NCBI GenBank assembly: GCA_051294905.1
Contig: CM119378.1
Span: 930,001-994,000, forward strand
DNA from: Botryllus schlosseri
Taxonomy: Eukaryota
Length of the DNA: 64,000 nucleotides
Reading direction: 5' to 3'
Part shown: positions 38,301 through 53,300 of the stretch, one piece after another
How the letters are laid out: each line of letters opens with the position of its first letter
Position numbering within the stretch: position 1 is the first letter of the stretch
Notes under the pieces: generated by a model
Database searches by the model: none
The model's input: the letters and a program-made list of their open reading frames with translations, nothing else
What the model was told of the DNA's origin: nothing
Made by a program: the position numbers and the translations under genes

Positions 38301-41300
38301 TAGCTATAATACGGACCTGATGTTTGCAAATAATAATGAGAATATCTATTTTGATGAGCTGAATTGATTTCCTTTTCTTTGTGGTCGTATATTAGTATCT
38401 GGAATTTAGTTGAGCCTAAATAAGGCGGCAGAGTTAGTGATTCTCACTCCTCTTAATCATACTTGACTCACTAACATTATTCTCATCAAATCTAAACGCC
38501 ACAAGATTGCGATATTATGAAAAGATGTCAATGGTTTTGTTTATTTGTTTCGCATGGATGCATTCCAATTGGTTGATAAATAAACCAAACTCCATGAAGC
38601 CACTATATAAATTTACGAGTGACTTTGCAAACAACCCGTTCTACTACTGCGTGGGATATACAGAGTAAAACGCTATTGTTTGTATGATCTCCGTGAATTT
38701 ATGGTACACCTAATATACTAACACCGTTCTTTTTTTTTATATATTAGTTGATGTATCTGGTACTGGATATCATTGCCTTGAACTGGGCCCTATTGGAATC
38801 TCGGTACGTTTTGCCTGATATATCAGGTGAGCAGCAATGATTCTCCAAGTTGAAGTAATTTAATAAAAAATATTGAAAAAATAAAACGTAGTGTGAGCAC
38901 AGGACACCGATTCCATACAGGGAACTGGGTGGGTTAGAGATTACAAATGAAGTTTAGTCGCTGTAATATGGTCAGTGTACACAATATGTAGAATCAGTTA
39001 GCAGCACTAGTCATAGCTAAAGTATACACGATGCTGACTAGATCACATACAGCTTCATCTTGCAATTACTCTAACTTTATAATAACCACATATCCCTACT
39101 TTCAGGAATTGAATTTCGCTCTGTGCATTCAATCAATCTTCTTTTTGGGTCTTGTAAAATTTTTATTCCATATTTGAATTATGGAAACTTCACTTCAATA
39201 TCGAATGATAGGAAACGCCACGACACAGCCACCTGAGCCATGTAGATACGACCTCCTTTGCTTATATAGATTTATTCATCATTCATCGTTTTCTAAACTA
39301 AACTACAAGAAATACCTGATTTTGGTTTCAACATACAACAAACTTGAAGATTTTATTTCTTTTTATGTTCTGTTATGAATAATATAGCAAATGAAAATAA
39401 TTATCTTGGCGAGTTGAACATTTTAGTGTATTTATACACCATACTCTGACGTGTGACCATTTTATATAATCAAGTGTTTGTGCTATTTTTCCCACTGTAC
39501 CCTCTAGTATATTGAGTAAGCTTACATACATATTTTGCATGAATATATTGGCTAATACTGTTGAACAATCAATCAGCAATCATATGTTTTTATATTGTAA
39601 TCCTATCTCGACACATGTACAATGCCATCAGTTGCAATGGTTGCAAATAAATTGCCATTTATGATCTGCCTTCTATGAAATATGTGTTGTTACTCACTGG
39701 CTCTTTAATTCGGCTATCTTTAGAGGAAGGCTACATGAAAAGTTATTTGCTTGGTGGAAATACCGATGGGCGAAGACCGTTTACGCATTATGATGTGTTC
39801 TAAATGCTCTGTTTTTCAGGGTTCTAAATGCTCAGTTTTCTCAAACTGTGAAGTCGTTGCCTTCATCCAGAATTTATTGTTGTAATATTTTTGGTCGTAT
39901 TTGTATCAAATCAGTGTACGGACCATCGTCCGCCAACATCTGTCTTCAGCCATGAACATGTTTTAGATATACAATCGCCTCCTAATTCCGACACTTTAGT
40001 TCCGCTCACTTTTAGCCAAATGGTTCGGAGAAGCGGCTTTGTACGAATTATGCGGAAAATCAATTGCTTGTTTCACGGTGAATTGGTCATGCGTAAGAGC
40101 AGGTAATGCCTTCAAAATACTGTTCTGTTGCATAATAAATGAATTGCAGCTGCACCATACTGCAGTAATTAGCACTGATCACATCAAATGCGAAGAGTTA
40201 TAATTTCAAGACAGGCTTATTGTGCTGTGCAATACTACGATACAAAAGTATTCAACAAATACTGTATGCTCTATTACTGTACTAAACCATTGAGCAAGGC
40301 ATAAAACAGACTGTATTTGTTATTTCTGTCCAAAGTGGGAACATACTACCGAGTGTGGATTATGGTCACGACATTGTTCTAACACAGTGGATTTGGTCTA
40401 AATTGGATTTTCTTTGATGAAATATTTCACTTTTCACTATGATGCTTCAATGTGGCTTGAATAGAAAGCTAGTGAACAGTGATGGAATGATCATGTGGTT
40501 ACACTTTGTTTGCACATTGGTTTTTCATGTTTGTTATCAAACAATGCAGTGAGCTTCTCTATATCAGATTGTATTATGTTATCTGATGTCATACTCGTTG
40601 CATAGACAGACGTCGAGCAGTCTCTCGAACAATCTCAGTCTGAAAATGATTCAATATGTCGTCATAGCGATATTAGTTACTGAGCAATTGAACACAGCTA
40701 AACCTTAACGCAATACGTTTTAACATCAAAATAATCCAAGAACGTATTTCAGGATTATTGCCGACCCGAAGACTGTCACAAGACAGAAAACAATGTTGGT
40801 ATAATTAGAAATGGTAAGTTAGTCCGTGATGATATTGAAATTTTTATCACCTCAAAACACCACGAGATTGCGATATGATGAAAAGATAGGAGGGAGTCGA
40901 CAGGACTTGGATTATAACTTTGAAACGACCGTACCCGTGGCTCTGCTATGTATATATTTTAACGCGAGAACGTTAAGTTCCAGGGCCCTCTCATATATGG
41001 AACTCCATTCCGTCCATATCAAGGATAAACCACTCCACATATTCAAACAAATGTTTCATGACCACTTTACAGGAGTGTACCGAAACTAATCAAGTTATTA
41101 TCTTGTTAACCAGTGCCTATATGTCGTCTTGACCATTATTTAAGTTACTTACTGTGAGTGTTCCCACTTCCGTTTTCTTCTGTTTTTGCTACATTACGAA
41201 TGTGTTATCACAGGATCATTGTTGTTGATTTAGGCGGTTAGCCCACCTACGTCTAAAACACCTGATATTGAATAGGAGAATATGAGGGAGTAACCGGGTC

Positions 41301-41312
41301 ATTTTTCGGACC

Positions 41313-44300
41313 ATGATGGCGAGCCCATCTGAAACTAGGATTAATCCTATGGAATACGACGACCATGCAGCTGAAAATGATCAGGTCACATCTTCAGAAC
41401 TATGCCAGCAATCAGATTCTAACGAAATCAGCGCGTCCAATGCAGATAAACAAGCTCTTGAGGCTCGGAATAATCACTTACCAATCACAAGCCCACAGTT
41501 ACGGAAAGACGCTTTCACCGAGGATATCACTGATAAAACTGCAAAGGTCGCATCACCTCTATCAAACTTCAAGGAATTCCCGTCTATCGATTCTTTAGAC
41601 ACAGTCGTCCCGCAAAAAATCCAACGCGGATTTTGGAGCACATCGGTTTCAATCACGTCGATGGATTCTGAAGGAGAATATTTCCTCTACGGCACTGATG
41701 CTGGCTGTGGCTTCGTCTACAACAGAACCACAGGAGAATTATTGAAGCTGTCTCTAGAGGTGCAATTTCCCTCATCGATTGTGCCAGACCTGGATAACTA
41801 GATAATTCTAATTTCCCGATTACACTAATTAGAGCGAAATGTCGATAATCTACTTTGCTGAAATTTGTGAAATGTTTTTATGTTCTCATCCTAATTCTAA
41901 TCTCATTTCTTTTTACCTGAAAATACTACAGGAGAACTGTATCGTGCAAATTAAGCCAAGCTTACTGTACAGGAATATGCTATTTTCATGCTTATGACTT
42001 GGAAATGAAATCTGATTTGATAAGAAACGTTTGGTTTTTGTCGTATTTATTTCTAATTCGGAGTTTAATTCAATTTCCAACCTTCCAAAATCTCAATAAT
42101 GAACGGTGAACTTTATGACTTGGACTCGGACTTGACTTGGTGGTGAATTGAAAATGACTGGACTTGACTCGAGTCAAAACTATGAAAGTATATTTGACTT
42201 GTGACTCGGACGTTGCTGCTTGCTTACAACCCTGATGTATCGTGCGAAATGAGTTAGACTTGGTTTTCAGACGTTCACCATTCTCATGCTTATGAATATA
42301 ATACTGAACTTGATTTTGTTGCATTTCTTTTGAATTAAGAATTGAATTGAATTTCCGAGTTTTAACGAACCCAGTCATTCTTATTGTAGTCTAATTAGAA
42401 AAACTGTGTAGCTATCATTCAAATTCTAATCTAGTTTGGAGAAGCTGAAAATACTACTCGTAAAACTCTGGATTGTTGTTTTTCTTCACCACCACCTCCT
42501 TTCTTTTTAACAGTCTCGCAAAGAAAAGGTGACGCGAGTCAAACTGTTTGTCGGCATCGACTGTCAATGCGGTCTGGCATCGTCAAACGGTCGCATCCTC
42601 ATCGCAGTTCTTTCTACTGGGTCAGCTCCAAGCACCAAGCGGGTGAGTTTTCTGCCCCATGGTCACTGGTCAGTGACCAAGTTACTTCTCGAGTACTAAA
42701 GTAGCCTATCACTACTTGCACTGCTCACTTACATGGTTGTGTTTTAGAGTACTTCCATGTTTACTTGAACATTTTTTTTTTACCAAATGCACGTTATAAT
42801 GAAATTTTCATCACTACATGAGTGAAATTGTCATAAGAACTGTGTGAATGAGCCGCCGTAACTGAGTATATTTTGAAAATTTCATCTATTCGAAGTGTCG
42901 TTAGTCATTTTGAGTTACCGTAGTCGTAAAGTAGGGTTACAATATTGTGAGATCTGAAAAAGAGGAGACATTTTACAAGTTGCAAAAGTTATAGTAGCGG
43001 ACGAGAAAACAGGTAATTTGAACATTTTTACTGAAAATATTATTGGGTTGACTTAAAATATAAAGGTCATTTTTACAATAGAGCTCCCGTAGTTGTTCAT
43101 AATTTCTTTAGCCATCCCTGTCTGAGTGCAATTTCCACGTCTATTTAAATGCTTTTTCTAGAAAAAGAGGATAAATTCCGAAAAAAAGCGGACAATTGGA
43201 CGTCCACAGAGTACACTTTCGATTTCTTGAAAAAAAGAGGACACATGATATCCCTATGTAAAGATTAGGGCGGTTCAAAAATAACCTTTTTTCCTTAATC
43301 TTGCGGGCTACGTGATTAAATCGTTAGGTTGCCTTAAAAAACGACGCACACCAAATTTGAGTTCACTACTCGGGACCTATCATCTGGAATGCATTACCAT
43401 CACATATCCGTGAATTGCCTTATAATAGATTCAAAAAAGCCCTACTTGATCACCTCTTGTCGTTACACTAACACTGTTGCCCTACCTCGCCCAGACATTG
43501 CTTCATTGATCATTTGCTACCATTGTTTAATTTTTTTCTATTTTCCTTTCCTAACTAAACATTTTTTTACAGCCGGACTGTTCTGAGTCAAGTGTACCTG
43601 TTTGATGCTGGTGTGATCAGACTAGATGACCTTCACGGTCTTATCGATCATTCCTATCTAATACCGAATACTGTGCACGCATATTTTCTGTACCACCATC
43701 ACTGCCGTTTGTTATGTATTTTGGTTCGATGAAAATAAAGACTCTCTCTCTCTCTCTCTCTCCAACCAATATTCGCGGTTTACGTAGAGTTTGAAAATTT
43801 TGAATTTGCCCAGAAACGCAAAAAAATTTGTTTTTCAAATTTTTCTGCCAACCCCATGAAAATGTTGGGCTGTCTTCAAAAACTATGCAAAACAAATTTG
43901 ACTCAATTCCAAGCCGTAGAAGTGGAGTTATATCAGTTTTTCCTTGATAATTCTGGGATTATCCTTGATCGGTGGATAATCCAATAATTTTCATCGAAAA
44001 ACTGGAATAACTCTGCTTCTACGGCTTGGAATTGAGTAAAATTTGTTTTGCATAGTCTTTGAAGACAGCCGAACAATTTCATGGGGTTGGCAGAAAAATT
44101 TGAAAAAATTTTTTTTTGCGTTTCTGGGCAAATTCAAAATTTTCAAACTCTACGTAAACCTCGAATATTGGTTGGAATGAATTCAAATTTGGTATGCGTC
44201 GTTTTTTAAGGCAACCTAACGATTTAATCACGTAGCCCGCAAGATTAAGGAAAAAAGGTTATTTTTGAACCGCCCTAGTAAAGATACATCCTGGTTATTT

Positions 44301-47300
44301 TAAAGTAGCCGCCTGCGGTTAACTGACTGAAAATGTGAATAATCAACCAACTTTTTCAAACTACCTACTGGAGATATTTTCCTGACTTCATTTCCCACTT
44401 CTACTCCAAGCACTTTTGACACATCTTTGAAATTACTACTTCATCTTGTAATCAAGTAGGAACTTACGATGTTCCTTCTACTTTTACTTGAGTAGAAACA
44501 CTGACTACTGTGGCATTCTCTGTTAAAATTGTAAGATTCCTGACAATATGAATAGGAAGCATTTCCGACAACAAGAGTTCATAAGATTTCCATGAATCTC
44601 CATTTTGTTTCTTTAGGTTAATCAATACCCAGTTGTCGTTCCCAATACGTCTGAGATCACATGCCTGCAATGGAGTTCGAACGGAATGAAGCTATTTTCC
44701 GGCGATAAGAGCGGAAAAGTTTGTGTTGTCGATCTGAATTTTGAGAAGGTAAGGTCATTGGACATTTGCTTTTTCAATTCGTCGATCAATTGATTTGACG
44801 ACTAATGACTAGGACAAGGACAATTGATCCGAGTAATTAAATCTAAATCTAGTATTAATTATAATAATTAGAGCGGAGATTGGTGAGAGGTGATGCTGGA
44901 ATGATATTCTCCTTGCCAGTTGCCACTGAGAGTTAATTTATCAACGAGAATGAAACTTTCGATCAGGGTTGTAACCAAGTCACAAGGTTTCGAGTCACAA
45001 GTCAATCTCACTTTTATAGTTTTTTCTCGAGTCAATTCGAGTCGAGTCGGCAAGTAGAGGGTTGAGTCCGAGTCATAGTTTTGTGACTCGAGTACGAGTC
45101 CAAGTCATTGTGTTTACTGTTCAGTTTTTAGTTCAATCCACGTTTTTCAACTCTGCTTGAGTGATGTAGAATGGCTCGCATTCATAATATCGTAATTTTC
45201 CTCAGTTTTAACACTTTCTGGCCCTATTTTCCAAGTATCAGCACTGATAGACGAAGTACCAACAATGTGGTGACGTTACTATTGCTCAAACTTACAATGA
45301 AATGTCTGACTTGGCCGTATTAGTTTGCATGCCCAATGACTCGAGTACAAGTAGAGTCAATACACAAATTGACTCGAGCCGAGTCATTTTACGCATTTGA
45401 AAAAATGACTCGAGTCAAGTCGAGTCGCCAAAAAATTGTGACTCGAGTCGAATCATTACAACCCTGCGTTCGATACTAATTTTCAGTATGGAAGATTGAA
45501 ACCTTTATTATTGGTATGGCAGCATATGAAATATCTAGTACAAAGCTACCCATGTTGGTGGAAATAACATATCTGCAAAGTCTTGATTAACTTACAACAC
45601 TGTCAAAAAGTGCAATAAAATAGGTATGATAACACCACATAATCTTTAATGTGATGTAGAACTGGCATTACATTCCTTGCGGTCGCATAAAAGGTAGTCC
45701 TACATATTTTACCTTTCCACATCATTCCTACGGCTATGACGTCAAGATACTCGAATGCTCAATTAAGAATCGAATCACTCAGGATTTTGGATTTTCTTAC
45801 CCCTACCAATGCCTCGCAATGATGTAATGCCGCGACTCCATTTGTAGAACGACTGTCGGCACTCGACTGTGTTAAAAGAAGATCATGAAGTCATCAGCAT
45901 TTCCTACAAACACAAAGTTCTATTGGTTTCCACCACAGAACGAACAATCGTATTCAACACAAATCTACCCGACAACAGACTACTTTGTATCGGATCTAAG
46001 ACGCGACAGTGAGAATTACTATGTGGTTGAAAACAATCTGACTTGGAGCACTAGATAATTCTAGTTGTTTCATTAGACTAGTTAGAGTGAAATTGTAATC
46101 TGAATATAGTCTAATTTCTGTGCAGGTGAACTGTATCGTGTGATACAAGCCAAGGTCGGTGTACACTGTGCAGACATTTGTCATCCTCATGTTTGTGTTG
46201 TAAGAACGAACACCAATCTGATATGGACTTAACTCAAATTTTGTTGAGCTCTCTTAATTTCATTTCGTTTTCAAGTTTCTGCGAATTCAGTAAATCTAAC
46301 CCCGATCTAATTTGCAAAATAACTGTGTGGCTATCATTCTAATTCTAATATTCATAAACCTGAATATTGTCTAGTCGTTCAACTGAGACTCCTAGTGCTT
46401 GTGCTTTTGACATTGAGATGGTTGGAATCTCTTCTTTTTTTTTCAGAGGCGTTTTTGGAGCTTGCTTTGGACCCGATTCTGTATCAACATTGGATCTTTT
46501 GATTTATTGCGCAAGGCCTGGCTATAGGATATGGATTGTGAGACCCATTTTTTGCAATCTTGATGCAACAGATTAGAATTAGTAACCCTATTATTGGATT
46601 TGGTAGGGCCTGATCTATTTCCAGAAGTGGTCTGTAACGGAGTACTTCTACTATATCGGATAACTCAAGTATGGCCTGCTTGCACTACTTTCTCAACTAG
46701 TCATAATGCTAGACTACTTATACTTCACATTTTTCAAAGTTTTAGGTAAAAACAAGACTGGAATTTATTACTTGTAAATTTCTTACTCCTACTTAGCACC
46801 GCTGATTTCTCGTGTTCTCTCCATAACCTCTAATTTTTTGACAGGCAGATATTGAGGGCAGGGTCACGAAAACGCTACTTCTGAGAGATTCCGTTTCGGA
46901 CCAGAGCTTTGAAATTAAACTCGTCAACCCGCCGCTAGTTATCAACAAGGACCAGCAATTCAGAAAACTGATGTTTTTTCAGGATAAATATCTGCTAGCT
47001 TACTCCGGTAAGGCAACGGAATTTTGCGCAGAGTCAGCACTGCTGCGAACGGCTCATTTCCATTCACTACTTAGAGATGGCGTAATTATAATTTTGATCT
47101 ATTTCTTGAAAAAGCTGTCGCCAACATTCATAATCTGATTTTGAAAAGCTAAAAATTTTCAAGTTCTTCAACCCTGTATTTAGGGTCTTCACTTTTCCTC
47201 ATCGATACTGTCCAGCCGAGCGTTCTTGCCACATCCCACGACTTTTCTGAGATACTGGATGTGTCTACCACCAAGTCTGAAATTTTCGTTCTATGCGAAA

Positions 47301-50300
47301 ACCGCAGCATTCATAGACTAGCGGAAGGCTCTGACAAAATTGCATGTGAGCAATGGTTTTGATGAAACGATCAATTTTTAGAATTTCAAAACTCTGATTT
47401 TGCCCGCTGAACATTCAAATCAATTCTCAGCAAAACGAAAACTCCTGGAGGAAGAAAACACAAACGAAGCTCTCAAAAAATTGAAGGTAATTTTTATTGT
47501 CCCGAGCAGCGATTCACAACCGCGGCTCCAAGCTAGCGTTCTTGCGGCTGTGAATATGCCACAAAAATGTAGTTGGCAGTTGTTGTTAGTTTCTATGAAT
47601 AGTTATAGTCAATTTCTGTACATGGATGCTAAAATAGGGGATATTGGTTATGTCTAAAGCCGCTTCTGAAGACGGAGAAACGGAATTCTTGCAGACTAGC
47701 ATCAAATAGATGGATGAATACCCGTCAGACAACGATATATCTTGAGTTCTGGTGCTCATAGACCTTTATATATAGTCTCTGTGAAGAGTAAATTCCGACA
47801 CAATTCTACTGGCATCAAAGAAACGGCTCATAGTCAAGTATAAATTTCAATATTACAAATATTACTCAGCGTATAATCTCCTCAAACTTGAGCATTAAGT
47901 GCTGGAATGTATGAAGAGCTGTCACATAATGGTATATTGTAGTAATGATATGCATTTTCAGTTTATTTCAATGTATAGCACCCGCCAAACTGAGTCTATC
48001 AACCGATATAGAATCTATAGAAGTCAGTGTGCATTCTTTTGAATTAGGTGGATGTTGAGATCCAGAGGTGTAAGTAGTCTCCTCGAGTGTTTTCATGCGG
48101 CTCCATAAGTACTGTGAAGTTCGAAATGCGGTTGTGACATCCCAAAAGGTTGAGGACCACTGATCTCGATGCCAGTGTTGGGATGACTCGAGTCAACTTT
48201 TTCGTATGACTTGACTTGACTCGAGTCACCTCGAAAAAATGACTTGACTTGACTTGACTCGGCGCTTCAAAAATGTAGATTGACTCGTGACTGGGAGCAA
48301 AATTTACGAGTCAATTTCAAGTGATCAAGTAGACGGTGTCGATTAAATCTCTGTATCTTGTTTATGTTCGGATTATTCGTGATACGCCTGTGTGACTTGT
48401 GAAAGCAACCAGTCATTCACTGATTGTGCCTTTCACTGACCCCCCTTGTTACATCACAAATAAATTGACCGAAAACGAACTGATGACAGCTTACGTTTAT
48501 GTGCTATCAGTAGCATAATCTAATAGCAACGTATCTCTGTTTCTTAGACGGCTCAGTGCTTGCATCGCGCAGTGCCCACCTTAGCCAACCCCCTTGTATG
48601 ATTTGAATCGAACGAATATAGTTTATGCGTTTATATTCTCACGGATGTGTGGATGGATAGTGTATTATACCATATCAAGTTGTTTCGACTACTCGACGCT
48701 TCATATTTGATCCTCTATTTTGTGGCTCACGTATTTTATTAGCTGCTCTACGTCTGCTCAAGCGATACAACGCCTTTTTGCATTATTTATATTTAACTTT
48801 ATGTTCGTTTGCATGTATATTTGACTTTATACTCGTTATTTGATTCAAGATATATGATCAATACATCTGTCTTTCACACATATAGCAAAATGTAATGACT
48901 TTGAATCATCACTCATACTTCAAAAAACCAATTTGACTTGAATTGTGACTTGACTCGTGACTCGACTTGACTCGAGTTACCTCCAAAAAACGAGTGACTT
49001 GACTTGACTCGAGTCACCTTCGAAAATTGATTGACTTGACTTGTGCAATGACTCGAAATGACTCGTGACTCGAAGGTAGTGACTTGATCCCAACACTGCT
49101 AGATGCCATATCTTCTGAATATTGGCCGAATAGATCGAGGTGATCTGTAATATCCTTCGGTCTCTAGTCGTGAATATGCCGCAAATCAGTGGCAATTTTT
49201 CTTCACATCGCATCCGATTTATTTCCTCATTTGATAGGAGCTGAAGAGTTCGATTTCCGATGTCAAGACCAATCTCTCATTTCGAGCATTACGCGTACCA
49301 GGCATCAAGTCTGAACCTGAACATGAGTTGCAATTGCAAGTATGCAGCTACTGTGTCTCATGTTTGAGTATGTGTTCACTATTAAACCAATGTAACAGGC
49401 AGAGAATTTGCATGAAATGCTTCCCGCTGTCAAGTCAACTCATCAAGAAACAGGTCAGTCTCAAGAAAGCAGCATAGCAACCACGGCTCTTTCCACAACA
49501 AACAACTGTGAGGAGGAACCCAGTTCTGTTGAACAGATAAAGAATGTTCAAGAAAGTAATTATTGTTACTTTTAATGACGTAGTAGAATTGTAAACATAT
49601 GCTACAAACTTTCAATACAAATCCAATGTATTATACTTCAAAAGCAGTATGACTGTAAGACAGGCGACAACGCGACATAACATCACTATCCATAGAGCAG
49701 ATAAAACAAGACAGGTTTTAAATACAAGGAAATACGGATCGACATTATTCAAAAAAGAGTTCAACCTTACCAACGTAAATGCATGAATATAGCTGTTATG
49801 TTTTGTTTGTGTGCTACATGGGCGCCGGATGATGAGTCGCCAGAAGTGGTCAGATTAGTCATTATTGGTTCTCAACTACACATAGAGATAACAAAAACTG
49901 CTTGCGTTAAAGAAAGTTTGTTGCAGTTTCACTCATGAAAGGGAATCTTGATATCACCAGATCACGAATTGACAGCAGTTTTTCAATAGATTTTCATTGT
50001 AGGTCTGCAAGAGGTGGGTGTGAGTCAGTGGTTTCCAACCTGGGTTGACACAAACCCCAAAAGTTCACTGATTCGGTCTGATGGGCTCGTCAGTGGTCAA
50101 GACACATACCCGACTCATACAGCCTAAGTGGCAGTAAATATTCCTTATCTTTTTGTTTTGTGTGAAAGCCATGTTTTACTTTTTTTTTCTTTGAACACTG
50201 TTGTTGACGCAGACTATAGTAATGTACTTCAAGTGTAGTGCGGTAGTTTTTTTTAAATTCGCTGAAGGCTTGCAGGTTAGAGTAAGAGTTTACCTGATTA

Positions 50301-53300
50301 GAGAAGGTTTAGAGTCCGAGTTCTATATCTTGGTTCTTAATTCCGTACTTTGATTACTGATTCAAAAGTAATTACTCTCCCACAGAGAGAACTACAGCTT
50401 TTTCTGGACGGCTCCATATCAATGTTATGAAATTGAATTTGTTCACACAGGTTCGGAAAATAATGACAACACTGAAAGCGAAGACACAGCGGAAATCGTG
50501 TTTCAATCACGAAGAAAACGCAATGAATCCAGATCCCGCAATCGACCCTCTTTCCATGATCTTTCAACGTCACAGCACAGTTCACAGCATATATCACCAG
50601 ATGCCTCCAAATCTGACGCCTCACTTACGGATTGCTCTGAGAACTCTGATATGCATTGTAATACCGAAGTCATAGAAAACATTTTAGAAGAAAAGATTTC
50701 AGAAGGAGAGAAGCTATCATCTCCCGAATCGACTTCAAGTGAAGTCTCACTCTCTCAAATTACAACCCAACGTGAAACTAACAATGATAAACTTGATAAT
50801 GAGTCAACAGATCTCTGTGCAAATGAATTATTTCCATTTCCTGATACTGAACCTGTTCGAGATTTTTCTTCGGATCCTTCCGACACTGAAGTCGAAACTT
50901 CAAGAAATGAAGGCGGTCTTCATTTTAACACTGACATAAGTCAACCTTTGAAAATATCTGAATCAGAAGCCGATATCTCACCTGGTTACGAACAAGATCT
51001 TGCTTCAAGTCCTGATGATATTTATGCGGTCGACGCGTGGACGAGAGACTTTGAATGTGAAAAAACAAGTGTGTTGGACACAGAAGTGAGTTCTTTCTGC
51101 GACATCAAGATATATGTTTTTTAATACTATTGAATGATATTTTTTTTATTGAAATGACCATGGATATTTTCAGCTGACACTCGTCATGGGTAATCAGCAA
51201 CTAGCAGAGAATCGGAAAGAACATTGTATATCAACAATCATGTTACTAAATATTACTTCACCGGCATGAAAATTTGAATAATTGAGACAAACTGATAGCT
51301 TAAGCTCAATGTAGCCTACTATTTTGAGATATACAAACTTCTTCTGGGGTCACAAACTAAAATAAATTTTTCAATTCAATTCAACATTCAATTCTCTACT
51401 AGTTGCTGACGATTCTCCCTAACGAGTGTCAGGCAAAAATGTTTGGGTTTATATCAATATATTATTTAGTTTTATATTGAAGTTTTGTACCTACAAGAGT
51501 CTACGTATGTTTGTTTGAGTGAAATCTTGAAATTTTAGTGTCCTCCACCGACCTCCGACAAAGGAAGTCCTTCAACAAGTATGACCAGCCCCAGAAACAC
51601 AGACATACATGTCCCTGGAAAGCTAGTGGATTCATGGTCGACCGCCTCTACACCACACCATGTTTCAAGTATTACAGGTATAGCACATTTGCTTTATGAT
51701 CTTTTGAATGCTAGTTTGAAAACAAGTATCTTCTACTTTACCAATCAAGTTTTGCTTGCGTTGCTGGTACTCAAAGCGTCGGGATACTACTTGTAGGCTA
51801 GCCTGTGCCATTTGCGGGCGTTGCAATCCATTATAAAGCCCGCCAATATTGAATGTTGAGCCGGCAGCGATAAAACCGATAGCAACCAATTTCACCGATA
51901 ATCTCGATATATTCAGCTGATTTTAAGAAGGTACAGCATCTAGTTTAAAGCGCATTTCCAAAACGTCAGAGCATTTATTTGAAAAGGGACGGCCATTGCT
52001 ATGCTTGAACATGAAATCGGCTAGAAAGGCTGCATCTGGACACTTGTAAGCAATTTGAAATAGATCAATATTCCCAGTGTGGCAGATGCAGATGATAGTT
52101 CTCCGTCTACCTACAACCATGCTGTGACGTCAGGAAGATTGCCGATATTTTTTACCACTAATGGCCAATACCGATCTTTCTATCAATATGTGATATTAAC
52201 TTGATATTATCAACGAACCAATAATCGGGTTTGGCCCTAGTCCACTGTGGTTCACTGAACTAATGAGGCAGAACAAAGTCCAAAAAATATTTTCGATTCA
52301 ATTTGATCATGATTACAGCTTCCGGAAATTTTGTCTGCTACATCGACCTCTCCCATCGTGTGTATTTGGCCGAAGAACTTATCGGTGACACGTTCGCTTC
52401 TGTGAAGTGGAGGAGATTCGGTAGAACGGCAACAAAAGTTTGCATATCTCCAAGCGGTGAGTCATTTGTGCTTAACCGTTCTTGAGGAAAAACTACTTGA
52501 AGTAGATTTAACTTGTTATGTAATCTCTACTTCCACTTGAGTCAGTGTTGGGATGACTCTGTGAAATTTTTCACTTGACTTGACGTTTCAGAATTGTGGA
52601 GTGACTCCTGACTCAATGCGACATTTCCGAGTCAGTTTCAAGTCATCCAGTAATCGACCTAGACTAAATTTCTTCATTTTTGTACATACATGTTCACTCT
52701 GCGATGGTGTGTCAGTGACTGAGCGTCCTTTTCCAAACATAGTAACTCTAAATTAGTTATATGATTCACAACAAATAGTGACTCAATTTTTTTCAATGAT
52801 CTTGGAAAATGCATTGACTAAGATCATGCCTCGTACTTTGTAAATTTGATTTGACTTGACTTGCTTCCAACACACTTGAAGTAATTTTGACATATCTTTT
52901 AAATGATTACTTTTGCTTGGAATAGAGCACCAACTCCCACTACTTTGACCGTCACTTCTTATATCAGAAATCTATTTGTCTCATAGTTCTTTTTTTCTCC
53001 CAGGTGACGTGATCTGGCTCGTTGGGAAGACAGGCACGGTGTATGCGTCAGTGCTGCCCGCCATGTTTGGCTCTGACGAACTAACTTTGGAGTTGGTGTG
53101 GGAGGAAGTGACATCAAAGGCGTCTTGCGTCGCGCTCGGGCACGGAAATGCTTTCGTGTATACGTATGACGGAGTCATGAAGTCGCAGAGCGGACTGACT
53201 CGCTCCAAGCCATTTGCCGGCTCTTGGAATCTCATCTCGTGGAAACAAGGCTGCGGAAAGGTGACTCTCAGAGTAGGCTTTGGACAATTAGATAATTTTA

